The notes beneath the pieces were generated by a model that saw only the letters and a program-made list of their open reading frames with translations, searched no databases and was not told the DNA's origin. Of a stretch of DNA of 64,000 nucleotides, positions 31,220 to 40,106 are shown piece by piece. Within the stretch, counting starts at the first letter, position 1, and every line of letters begins with the position of its first letter. The position numbers were made by a program, and so were the translations under genes. The DNA comes from Hyalangium minutum (lineage in GTDB: Bacteria > Myxococcota > Myxococcia > Myxococcales > Myxococcaceae), in NCBI RefSeq assembly GCF_000737315.1, contig NZ_JMCB01000005.1:310001-374000 (forward strand), in the 5' to 3' direction.

Positions 31220-33456
31220 TCAACGGGTCCGGCGTCGGCGCTTGCGTCGTTGAAGACGTGAGCAGGCAGATCGGCTCGCATGGGTAGGACAAGCTCCGGG
31301 AAGATGTACGGGAAGTCGATGTTGACTTCGACCGTTTGCCCGATTCGCTTCAGTTGCCCCGAATCGTCTTTGAAGACGCAGAGGACGGGACGCCCGGCAG
31401 CGCGCAGCGCCTGGAGCTCCGTCCCCCCGACCATGCCTTCGGTCAAACTCGTGCGCTTTGCGGTACGTGCGTACAGATAACCTTGGTTTGCGAAGAGCGC
31501 CGAGGAGCTTTGCAGGACACTCTTGATTGCCTCAGGGTCCCACTGCCCCGTACCCAGATTGTCGTAAGGGAGGTAGCCCAGCGCCTCGATGATCTCCGCG
31601 AGCGACACGGGGTGGAGCGCATCCCGCTTGATCGGTCCGAACTTCCCACCGGGGAACAGCTTCTCGACCTTTTCGAGGGCCTTTTTGTGCTCCGCAGCAG
31701 CCGGCTTCGGCTGGAAGAGAGGCGCCGCTGGGTAGAGGTGCTCGCCCGGCATGTAGGCTACGACGTGTGACGTATCGAGGACGCTGGTTCGTGTTGCCCG
31801 CAGTTTGCGCGCGACTTGTACCGGAACTTGAGCAGGGGAGCCGTTCGTCCCGAGAAGGTTGCGCAGCCGGTGCTCGGCCGTGCAAATCTGGTGGAAGCGT
31901 AGGGCCTGGAGCTCAGGAATGTACACGCGGAGGAAAGACTTAGCCGACTCCCGGTAGCCGAACATGCGCGCGTGCTGGAGCATCGTGTCCATCTGGGCGA
32001 TCTTCGCGGAGCGCAGGTAGTAGGTGACGAGCAGATTGTCGATCGTCAGGCCACGGCCCAGGATGTTCCCGCCAACGATGAAGTTGAGCTTCGGCCCGAA
32101 ATTGGCGTCGTCCTGCTCCGAGTTGACGACCTTCACCTCTCGGTTGCGAAGACGCTGCCGCACGTACTCCTCGACGGTTTCCAACTTCGGAAGGGAGGTG
32201 ACGCTGCGCGACAGCTCCTTGAGCCCTCGCTGCAAACCGATGCGGGCGGTCGTGCGGTCGCCCTTGAGCGACTCGTAGACCTCCATGAGCAGCTCGCGTA
32301 CGCGTTTCGCCGCCACCTCGTGGTCGTCTTTCTTGACGCTCGTGTGACAGAGGTAACTCTGCGGGCCGAGCTTCGACTTCGGGTCGGCGAGTCCCTGCGC
32401 AGCAGTTGCGACCAGGAAGTAGTACAGGGAGTTGCGCAGGCCATCGGGCGTCTCTCCCCCGGTGAGACTGTCGCCCTCGTTAGCCGCAATATAGACCAAC
32501 GGGGCTGCACCTTCATCGATGACGTTCTTGGGGAAGAAGAACTCCCCACCCGTGTACCCCTGCCCCGGCTCAAGCACTTCAGTGAACAGGGGTCGAAGCG
32601 GGCTATCCGTGTTCTGGAGGAGCAGGGCGTACGGCGTCGCGGTCACTTGGAGGTATAGGTGGTGGCGAAGCGTCTGACGGATCGAGAAGCCCTCCTCCCC
32701 TTCACGGTCGTTGACGTTCGTTTTCGAGAAGATCGCGCTCGGGACTGCACTGGGCGCAGGAGCCTTGCCCTTTGCGCGCGCACGCGACCGGGCGGCAACA
32801 CTCGTGTCGAGCGACGCCTGATCGGCCTCGTCATCGAGGATCAAGGCGGGATGCTCCGAAGCCCCGACCGTCCGTAGGAAATCGACGAACGTCGAGAGGT
32901 GCGAAGTGTTCTTCGCCGTAATCAGGACTAGGCCGGCCTCCGAGAGCGACGCGCGCACGTGGTCGACGTCCGAGATCCACGACCCGATGTCCGTCGACTC
33001 CTTCACGACGACACCTTGGAGCACGCCGAAGCGGTCTGCGGTCTGCTTCACCAAGCTGACGTTGTCCGAAGTGAGGACAACGATGACTTTGAAGCCGTTG
33101 TCGATGGCCATAGCGGCAGTGGTGATCATTGCCAGCGTCTTGCCGCTCTGGACTCGGCCGTAGAGCAGTCCCGTCGGACAACCCTCCTTGAGCGGAGCCT
33201 GTTCCGTCGCGAGCCCCGTGCCACTCGGGCCGACCTCTCCAGATGCGACGTTGGCCGCGTAGTTCCGTAGGATCGATGTCATGAGTCGCGTCACCTGCTC
33301 CTTGACGCGCTCCAGGGTCGCCGGAGTCATGGGTGACGACTTGCCAATTCCCGCCGCAAGTGCTCCCAGGGTGTCCGACAGCACGGGACCGTCGATACGT
33401 GGCACGAGCGTTGGCGCTCCTGCCCCGACCTTGGCAGTACCAATCTCTCCACTCAC
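31216..33456 (-). CDS. Z1-domain protein with SF2 helicase-like N-terminus
   Basis: GRVQSGKT (Walker A), LILDDEADQAS, VTATP, VGGNILGRGLTIDNL, DTMLQHARMFGYR; GAGGAGG RBS and GTG start. Confidence 0.9.
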   Translation of the reverse strand: MSGEIGTAKVGAGAPTLVPRIDGPVLSDTLGALAAGIGKSSPMTPATLERVKEQVTRLMTSILRNYAANVASGEVGPSGTGLATEQAPLKEGCPTGLLYGRVQSGKTLAMITTAAMAIDNGFKVIVVLTSDNVSLVKQTADRFGVLQGVVVKESTDIGSWISDVDHVRASLSEAGLVLITAKNTSHLSTFVDFLRTVGASEHPALILDDEADQASLDTSVAARSRARAKGKAPAPSAVPSAIFSKTNVNDREGEEGFSIRQTLRHHLYLQVTATPYALLLQNTDSPLRPLFTEVLEPGQGYTGGEFFFPKNVIDEGAAPLVYIAANEGDSLTGGETPDGLRNSLYYFLVATAAQGLADPKSKLGPQSYLCHTSVKKDDHEVAAKRVRELLMEVYESLKGDRTTARIGLQRGLKELSRSVTSLPKLETVEEYVRQRLRNREVKVVNSEQDDANFGPKLNFIVGGNILGRGLTIDNLLVTYYLRSAKIAQMDTMLQHARMFGYRESAKSFLRVYIPELQALRFHQICTAEHRLRNLLGTNGSPAQVPVQVARKLRATRTSVLDTSHVVAYMPGEHLYPAAPLFQPKPAAAEHKKALEKVEKLFPGGKFGPIKRDALHPVSLAEIIEALGYLPYDNLGTGQWDPEAIKSVLQSSSALFANQGYLYARTAKRTSLTEGMVGGTELQALRAAGRPVLCVFKDDSGQLKRIGQTVEVNIDFPYIFPELVLPMRADLPAHVFNDASADAGPVE

Positions 33457-33742
33457 TGTTCATCCTCCTCAGGTTGGCGGAGCGAGCCGTCATGGCCGAC
33501 CCCCGGCCGTGAAGTCACCATCCTATGCGGGCATGGAGGAACCACCACCCCCCCTTATTGGGGGATGGCGCGCAGGTAGCTCACCTGCTCTGGCAGCGGC
33601 AAGCCACAAGGTCCGTCCGTCCCAAGCAGAATATTACTTGTGGGCAAAACATCCGAGCCGTACGACCTTCCTCTGTGTTGCTCTAGGCAGGAGTATGTCG
33701 GCGGCCTTCGAAGGGGCAGTGACCATCCCACCACCACTGGTG

Positions 33743-34972
33743 TCAGGCCGCTTTTCCGGTCTGGCTCCTCGGGCGATTCGGGCGGTCGTTGGGCTCGTTG
33801 CGAGTTGCCTCTGGCGCGGCATCAACGGGCTTACCAGCGGTCCGTTGAAGGAGGCGGGTAACCACTGCGTAGGCCAATTTTGGAGGAACAGCATTACCGA
33901 TGCAGTGAGAGAGAATCTTGCGCGTCGTGGCGGACCCGAAGGTAAACCAGTCCGGGAAAAACTGGACTCGTGCCGCTTCGTGAGGCGTGAGTGTTCGCGG
34001 CTCGGACGGGTGGAGGAATCGACCTTGCCCGGGGCTTCCGAATCCTGTGGTGATCGTGTGGGCAGGTTCATCCCACGAAAGGCGGCCGTACATCGCCGTG
34101 TAGCGGTGAGTCGGGTTGTCGCGATGACAGGGCGGTCGATAACGATTCGGCAGGTCGTACAATCCCCGTCTCAGTAAGAGGTTCGCACGAGCTAGGTTCT
34201 CAGGTGTCAGGCGTGAGGAACTGTCGAAGACCAAATCCGAAGTCCGTCCTTGGAGGTCGCCGATTGCCCACTTCAGGGAGCGGGGAGAGGCAATGGCGGG
34301 TAGGTCGAGGACTCCACCGATACTGCATCCCCTAGCCGCGACTAGGATGTGCCTCACGCGCTTCTGTGGGACGCCGATATCCACCATGCGGACAAGGGCT
34401 TCCTCCACTTCATAACCGATGTCTTGAAGGTGTCGCGTAGCGCGGTCAAGCACAGCTCGATGGTCTCGCCGAACGCCTTGGACGTTTTCGATCATCAGGT
34501 AAGTCGGCCCGAGCACTTCAGCGGCTCGGACCATGACGAGATACAACTCGTTCTTCTCGTCCTTTCTGCGAGTGTGGTTGTTGAGATCCGAGTGCCCCTG
34601 GCACGGAGGACCTCCAACGAGGATGTCGACCTTGCCCACTTCGGCTCGCGTTCGCTCCTCAGAAGCGGAAGGAGATCGCCCGACGGCACGGTCGAACCGC
34701 GAGCAGACATCTCCTCGCTCTCTAGCCACGCTCGACCCAAAATTGAGGTCGTAGACACCCCGAATGTGCTCGTCCCACTCCATTGCGAGCCGCACTTCGA
34801 GGCCCCGCCCGAAGCGGCGGCAAGCCTCGGCGACTCCGAGGGTGAGCCCGCCGGAGCCCGCGAAGAGGTCAACCAGCCGGACAGAGTGATGCCCCCTCTC
34901 GTAAGGGGGGCGCATCGTCCGACGGAGGAAAATGTGGTCGTCGCCGTCAATTTCGTCCAAAGAGCTACTCAT
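33743..34972 (-). CDS. dcm: DNA cytosine-5 methyltransferase
   Basis: Motif I DLFAGSGG, IV GGPPCQG, VI ENV, VIII QKRVR, IX RTLTPHEAARVQ, X IGNAVPP; ATG 34972 overlaps the vsr stop (ATGA). Confidence 0.93.
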   Translation of the reverse strand: MSSSLDEIDGDDHIFLRRTMRPPYERGHHSVRLVDLFAGSGGLTLGVAEACRRFGRGLEVRLAMEWDEHIRGVYDLNFGSSVARERGDVCSRFDRAVGRSPSASEERTRAEVGKVDILVGGPPCQGHSDLNNHTRRKDEKNELYLVMVRAAEVLGPTYLMIENVQGVRRDHRAVLDRATRHLQDIGYEVEEALVRMVDIGVPQKRVRHILVAARGCSIGGVLDLPAIASPRSLKWAIGDLQGRTSDLVFDSSSRLTPENLARANLLLRRGLYDLPNRYRPPCHRDNPTHRYTAMYGRLSWDEPAHTITTGFGSPGQGRFLHPSEPRTLTPHEAARVQFFPDWFTFGSATTRKILSHCIGNAVPPKLAYAVVTRLLQRTAGKPVDAAPEATRNEPNDRPNRPRSQTGKAA

Positions 34973-35409
34973 CGCTTCGTTACACCAGCCTTCACGAACC
35001 GCCGACTGACGGCGTCGGGGGCCCTGAGCTCGCACTGCCATACCACGAAGACCTTGTAACCGAGGCCCCTGAGTGCGCGCGCTTTGCGAGCATCCCGGGC
35101 GCGGTTGTTCGCTAACTTGGTCTTCCAGAACCCCTGGTTTCTCTTCGGCAATGTCGCCAGCGGGCAATTTCGATGGCCGTGCCAGAAGCAGCCGTTCACG
35201 AAGATCGCCCAGCGTGCAGTCTTGTTGGCGATATCGGGCGTCCCGGGAAGATCTCTCGCGCAGAGCCTGAAGCGGGCTCCCGCCTCCCAGAGAAGCCGCC
35301 GAACCGCAAGTTCTGGCTTGGTATCGCGCCGGCGCACGGCCTTCATCCGCTGCGAGATCTTTTCGGAGATCCGACCCGAAAGTTGGCCTTTTGGCGACTG
35401 GTGCGTCAT
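34969..35409 (-). CDS. vsr: Very short patch repair endonuclease
   Basis: MKAVRRRDTKPE, LPGTPDI, FVNGCFWHGH.C, FWKTKL..NRARD, VWQCEL. Confidence 0.95.
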   Translation of the reverse strand: MTHQSPKGQLSGRISEKISQRMKAVRRRDTKPELAVRRLLWEAGARFRLCARDLPGTPDIANKTARWAIFVNGCFWHGHRNCPLATLPKRNQGFWKTKLANNRARDARKARALRGLGYKVFVVWQCELRAPDAVSRRFVKAGVTKR

Positions 35410-35449
35410 GCCGCAAAGATAATGACGGACCGTTCGACTTGCTGAACAA

Positions 35450-35782
35450 GCCCTCGTCTGAGGTACCCCAGCTTCAGACGCAGAGAGCTTATCTCAATAA
35501 GTAGGGAAGAAAAGGCGCCACCTGATGGGTTACGTGAGGGCAGGAAGTATACTGTGGGAGTTGCCAAGAGAGATGATGCACCCTGTGCTGGTGCATCACG
35601 TCGACCGGTGGCACCGGTAGTTTTCGCTCCAGAGCAGCTCTCCAATGCTGGCGAAAGGCCCGTACGACTCGTCGCACGTTGGAGGCCACTCGCCAATGTC
35701 GGGCGATACGCGATGAACTCCATCCATCGCGCGCCAGCAGCACCATCTCCACCCGATTACGTACGTACCCACCAGCCGACTG
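35450..35782 (-). pseudogene. Probable IS630-family transposase N-terminal (HTH) remnant
   Basis: VRNRVEMVLLARDGWSSSRIARH..NVRRVVRAF..AALERKLPVPP resembles IS630 HTH N-termini; in-frame stop upstream and degeneration downstream. Confidence 0.5.
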
Positions 35783-35851
35783 TCAGTGTGCAGCGCAGTT
35801 CCATGAGCCGCGCACAGTTATCCCCGTCCACCTCCAGCGGCTCCATGCCGA

Positions 35852-35893
35852 AGGTGTTCCGCGCGCCCTCAAGCGTGCAGTGAGGCGGGCTAG
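35852..35893 (+). repeat. Right copy of 42-bp direct repeat (att-like)
   Basis: AGGTGTTCCGCGCGCCCTCAAGCGTGCAGTGAGGCGGGCTAG; weaker similarity continues upstream (RAQL..VFRAPSSVQ* in both copies). Confidence 0.92.
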
Positions 35894-36171
35894 CGCTTCA
35901 GGGCGGTGATTCGCCGCTCGATCTTGTCCAAGTAGGCGCTCAGCCCGTCGTGGCTCTTGGGAGCCGGGGACTCGGTCAACACCTTCACGATGCGCGTGAC
36001 TTGCTCGAGGATGCGCCCGTTCGACGTCTCGAGCCGCTCCATGCGGGCCTCGAGCCGCTCCATCCGGCCCTCAAGTCTGCTCACGCGCCCCTTGAGCTCC
36101 TGGACATCCATGTCGAGCTTCTGGATGCCCTGGAGCACGGGTGCTCCATCCTTGTGTATCGCTGCCGTCAT
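35890..36171 (-). CDS. Small coiled-coil protein (93 aa)
   Basis: Heptads VSRLEGR-MERLEAR-MERLETS; its stop codon lies inside the right direct repeat. Confidence 0.7.
   Translation of the reverse strand: MTAAIHKDGAPVLQGIQKLDMDVQELKGRVSRLEGRMERLEARMERLETSNGRILEQVTRIVKVLTESPAPKSHDGLSAYLDKIERRITALKR
36028..36090. repeat. 21-bp tandem repeat (3 units) encoding heptads
   Basis: ctcgagccgctccatgcgggc / ctcgagccgctccatccggcc / ctcaagtctgctcacgcgccc. Confidence 0.75.
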
Positions 36172-36339
36172 CGGCCCCCCTGGCTGAGACTTGCGAGCAC
36201 TCTACAGCAGATGGTCACGATCCTACCATGTGGGTTTGATCGATGTTCCATATGCTGCAGGTGAGGAGAGATCCGGAAACCCAGAACGAGGCGGACTTGG
36301 AGCAGAAGTTTGAAGCTTCGCTGGAGCGGGAGGCTCTCT

Positions 36340-38685
36340 TCAGGGGGAGGGCCGGCCCAGGCCAATCGGGGCAGCCAGCGCCGAGTCCGGGATGTCGAAG
36401 GCGCGCACGAGCGCCACCGCGTCCGGCCGCAGCTCCGCGCACAGCCGTGTCACCTCCTTGCGGATGGCCTTGGCCTTGCCGCTCTCGATGTGGTCGTTCT
36501 CCAGGAACCAGCCGCTCGCCTCCACGAGGCAGCCCAGGCCGTACAAGTCGCACAGCTTGCCGAGCACAGCCTTCACCGCCGGGTCCTCCACCTGCTCCAC
36601 GCCCGCGAGGAACTGCTCCAGCACCACGCGCTCCACGTGCGCATGCGCCAGCGCCTGCAGGTGGTCCTGCACCTGGATGAAGGCCTGGAACGAGTCCACC
36701 CCCGTGCCCAGCCGCTTGCGCAGCCGCGCCGCTGCCGAGGCCAGCAGGTCCGACTCGCGGAAGCGCAGCGCGCGCACCTGGAAGTCGCCGTCGCGCAGGT
36801 GCTCGCTGCCTGTGCGCCGCACCTGGAAGGGGTTGCGGTCCGTGAGCGCTCCCGAGGCCCGCTCGACGATGAACTTCATCACCGTGAAGACGCGGTCGTC
36901 CTCGAACTGCTGCCGGTAGCCCGTGAGCAGGCTCTTGGCCACCAGCTGCATGAGCACCGTGTTGTCGCCCTCGAAGGTGGTGAACACGTCCGTGTCCGCC
37001 TTGAGCGAGGGCAGCCGGTTCGCCACCAGGTAGCCCTGGCCACCGCAGGCCTCGCGCGCCACCTGCAGCGTCCGCGTGGTGTGCCACGTGCTGTACGCCT
37101 TGAGGCCCGCTGCCAGCGCCTCCACCTCCATGGCATCCTGTTCCGTGCGGCCCACGTAGCGCTTCACCAGGTACTTGAGCGCGAAGTCGAGCGCGTACGT
37201 CGTCGCCAGCGGGCGCAGCAGCCGCAGCTGGTGGGTTTGGTAGTCCAGCAGCCGGGCCTCGGGCGCTCCGGCCGGGCCGAACTGCCGGCGCTCGTCGCCG
37301 TAGGAGATGGCGATGGCCAGGCCGCTCTTGGTCGCGCTCAGTCCGCCGCACGCCACGCTCACCCGGCCCGCCACCAGCGTGCCCAGCATGGTGAAGAAGC
37401 GCCGCGAGGCGCTGGGGATGGAGCTGGTGTACTCGCCCTGGGGGCTCACCTGCGCGAACCGGTCCAGCAGGTTCTCCCGAGGCACCCGCACGCGGTCGAA
37501 CCACAGCCGCCCGTTGTCCACGCCGTTGAGCCCCATCTTCACGCCGCAGTCCTCCACCCGGACGCCGTGGAGCAGCCGCCCCTGCTCGTCGCGGAGGGGA
37601 ACGAGGAGCGCGTGGACGCCATGGCGCTCGCCCTTCACCTCGAGCTGCGCGAACACCGTGGCCAGGCGCGCGTGCTGGGCCGCGTTGCCGATCCACTCCT
37701 TGCGCGCCCCCTCCGAGGGCGTGTGCACCACGAACTCGCCGGTGATGTCGTCGTAGATGGCCACCGTCTCCACGTCCCGGACATTGGAGCCGTGGGCCAG
37801 CTCGCTCATGGCGAAACAGCCGGGCAGCTCCAGCGAGGCCACCTTGGGCAGCACCTGGCGGTGGTGCCGCTCCGTGCCCAGGAAGTAGATGCTCCCGCCG
37901 AACAGGCCGAAGTTCACGCCCACCTTCACCACGAGGCTCAAGTCGAAGGAGGCCAGCGTCTCGAAGGCCGCGATGAAGGCGCCCAGGTCCACCTTCGACA
38001 GGTCATCCGGGTAGGCAATCTTCCCCAGCCCTCGGTCCGCCAGCTGCTTCAGCCACGAGAAGACCTGCTCCCGGTAGGCGCTCGTGTCGCGCTCGTCCAC
38101 GTAGCGGAAGGCGGGGTGGGCCAGCCACTGGCGGACCCTGGCGCGCACGTCGGGGTAGGTGCGCTCCAGGATGGGGCGCAGCTTGTCCACGTCGAAGGAG
38201 GCCGGGGCGGGAGCGGCCCGCGAGAGGGGGGGGGGCGTGGCGGGCGAGACGAGGGCGCGCACGGCCTCTACGCCCGAGACCCCCAGTGCCGTCTCCAGCG
38301 GGGCGAGGGTGCGCGCCAGCTCGGGCATGGAGGCGGGCAGGGCGTTCTTGCCTCCGAGTACCTCGGCGAGCTGCGTTCCCAGCTCCGCGAGGCTCTGCTG
38401 CCCACTCTGCTCCAGGCGCTCGGAGGTGGTGCGGATGTGCTCGCGCAGCTGCGCCAGGGCCCGAGACGTGGGCGGGTTGAGCGGATCCAGCCAACGCGCC
38501 AGCACGGCGCTGGAGCGCAGGTCCAGCCACGGCTGTGCCCGGGCAGCGGCGCCCAGGGCGCGGATCTCCTCGGGGGTCAGCTCACCGTCCGTCCAGGCCA
38601 CGTAGAGCATGGGGACGAGCGGCGCCAGGCGGGGCAGGGACAGCAACTCCTGGGCGGAAGGGCCCGGCACGTCATCAATGGCCAT
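36340..38685 (-). CDS. Acyl-CoA oxidase/dehydrogenase with N-terminal TerB-like extension
   Basis: GCFAMSELAHGSNV, KEWIGNAA, KMGLNGVDNG, REACGGQGY, TFEGDNTVL; N-terminus MLYVAWTDGELTPEE. Confidence 0.9.
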   Translation of the reverse strand: MAIDDVPGPSAQELLSLPRLAPLVPMLYVAWTDGELTPEEIRALGAAARAQPWLDLRSSAVLARWLDPLNPPTSRALAQLREHIRTTSERLEQSGQQSLAELGTQLAEVLGGKNALPASMPELARTLAPLETALGVSGVEAVRALVSPATPPPLSRAAPAPASFDVDKLRPILERTYPDVRARVRQWLAHPAFRYVDERDTSAYREQVFSWLKQLADRGLGKIAYPDDLSKVDLGAFIAAFETLASFDLSLVVKVGVNFGLFGGSIYFLGTERHHRQVLPKVASLELPGCFAMSELAHGSNVRDVETVAIYDDITGEFVVHTPSEGARKEWIGNAAQHARLATVFAQLEVKGERHGVHALLVPLRDEQGRLLHGVRVEDCGVKMGLNGVDNGRLWFDRVRVPRENLLDRFAQVSPQGEYTSSIPSASRRFFTMLGTLVAGRVSVACGGLSATKSGLAIAISYGDERRQFGPAGAPEARLLDYQTHQLRLLRPLATTYALDFALKYLVKRYVGRTEQDAMEVEALAAGLKAYSTWHTTRTLQVAREACGGQGYLVANRLPSLKADTDVFTTFEGDNTVLMQLVAKSLLTGYRQQFEDDRVFTVMKFIVERASGALTDRNPFQVRRTGSEHLRDGDFQVRALRFRESDLLASAAARLRKRLGTGVDSFQAFIQVQDHLQALAHAHVERVVLEQFLAGVEQVEDPAVKAVLGKLCDLYGLGCLVEASGWFLENDHIESGKAKAIRKEVTRLCAELRPDAVALVRAFDIPDSALAAPIGLGRPSP

Positions 38686-38832
38686 GGTTGTCTCTCCGGA
38701 GAGCAGGCAGGCGGGCACAGTTCGCCATGGAGCGCCGCTCGGAGCAATGGTGGGTTGCATCGTTGCCACATGCACAGGTGGGAGCTTCGCGCAGACTGGC
38801 CATGAAGCCTCGCGGCCTTAGCTTGGCAAGCC

Positions 38833-40101
38833 ATGGACATGGACGTCATGGATGGGGTGCTCCCGCAGCCGGGAGCGCATGGGTGGGACGAGGAGGATCG
38901 CCAGCGCCATGAGATGAAGGGGCCCTTCCATCTGCCCCCAGGCCCGGATGCCTTCTCCTTCGTGCTGTACCAGTCCACGGGGGTGTGCCTGGACGAGGGC
39001 CACAAGGTGGAGTTGCTGGAGAACGGCACGGTGTTCGAGCGGATGCTCGAGGACATCCGGCAGGCGCAAGAGAGCATCCACATCCTCGTGTACATCTGGC
39101 GGCCCTGCGAGCTGTCGGACCGGTTCGTGGAGGCGCTCCAAGAGCGGGTGAGCGCGGGCGTGCACTGCCGCGTGCTGGTGGACCCGGTGGGCAGCGAGGA
39201 GGTGTCCGGCGACCACGACTTCGACCAGAAGATCGAGCGCAAGCTCGTCGAGTGCGGCGTGGAGGTTCACTACTACCGGCCGCTGGCGGGCAAGGTGCTG
39301 GGGCGGCTGCTGGGACGCAACCACCAGAAGCTCATCATCGTGGATGGGCGCATCGGTTACACGGGGGGCTTTGGCATCTGGAAGGTGTGGGAGGGAGATG
39401 GCCGGGCGGAGGAGAACTGGCGTGACACGCACGTGCGCGTGGAAGGCCCGGCCGTGTGCCGGATGCAGTTGACGTTCTCGCGCTCATGGCAGGAGAGCGG
39501 CGGGAGCCTGCTGCACCCGAGAGACTTGCCGGGCCCGTGCCATGTGGGGCCGGTGCGGGGCGCCTTCGTGGACAGCATGGGCAAGTTGGGGATGACGGAT
39601 GCGGAGCGGATGGTGCGCATCGTCATTGCCGCTGCTCGCAAGCGGTTGTGGATTGCCAACGCGTACTTCACACCGCCCAACGCCATCATGGAGCAGCTCG
39701 TGCACAAGGCGCACGAGGGCGTAGACGTGCGGGTGCTGGGGCCGGGGCCCGTGCATGACGTGCCGCTGGTGCGCGCGTCGCAGCGCTCCACCTACGAGCA
39801 GCTGCTCCGGGCCGGGGTTCGCATCTGGGAGTACCAGCCGTCGATGATGCATGCGAAGACGGTACTCGTGGACGACTGGCTCACCGTGGTGGGCTCCACC
39901 AACCTGGATGCGCTCTCGCTCAACAAGCTGAGCGAGGGCTCCATGGTGCTGGCGGACCCGGAACTCGCGAGCAAGCTGGAGCGGTGCTGGCACAGGGACT
40001 TCGAGTACTCGAAGGAGATCACCCTCGACGCCGGTGGCCGGACCAACCCGTGGCGGCGCCTGGCACGGCGGGCCACGCAGTTGATGGGCCAGGACCGCTA
40101 A
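38833..40101 (+). CDS. Cardiolipin-synthase-like phospholipase D
   Basis: Two HKD motifs (RNHQKLIIVDG, MHAKTVLVDD), WRDTHVRVEGP, NAYFTP. Confidence 0.9.
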   Translation: MDMDVMDGVLPQPGAHGWDEEDRQRHEMKGPFHLPPGPDAFSFVLYQSTGVCLDEGHKVELLENGTVFERMLEDIRQAQESIHILVYIWRPCELSDRFVEALQERVSAGVHCRVLVDPVGSEEVSGDHDFDQKIERKLVECGVEVHYYRPLAGKVLGRLLGRNHQKLIIVDGRIGYTGGFGIWKVWEGDGRAEENWRDTHVRVEGPAVCRMQLTFSRSWQESGGSLLHPRDLPGPCHVGPVRGAFVDSMGKLGMTDAERMVRIVIAAARKRLWIANAYFTPPNAIMEQLVHKAHEGVDVRVLGPGPVHDVPLVRASQRSTYEQLLRAGVRIWEYQPSMMHAKTVLVDDWLTVVGSTNLDALSLNKLSEGSMVLADPELASKLERCWHRDFEYSKEITLDAGGRTNPWRRLARRATQLMGQDR

Positions 40102-40106
40102 GAACA

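Larger units (their letters stand above)
28724..35851. mobile_element. Non-autonomous genomic (defence) island of about 7.1 kb
   Basis: Bounded by the direct repeat, visibly lower GC and different codon usage than the flanks, carries RM-type genes; no intact integrase. Confidence 0.75.

Noticed and set aside
33743-35449. Apparent 568-aa methyltransferase with a long N-terminal extension
   Set aside because: The first ~159 codons overlap vsr in another frame; the real start is ATG 34972, coupled to the vsr stop.
36310-38805. 831-aa plus-strand ORF
   Set aside because: Antisense shadow of the acyl-CoA oxidase gene.
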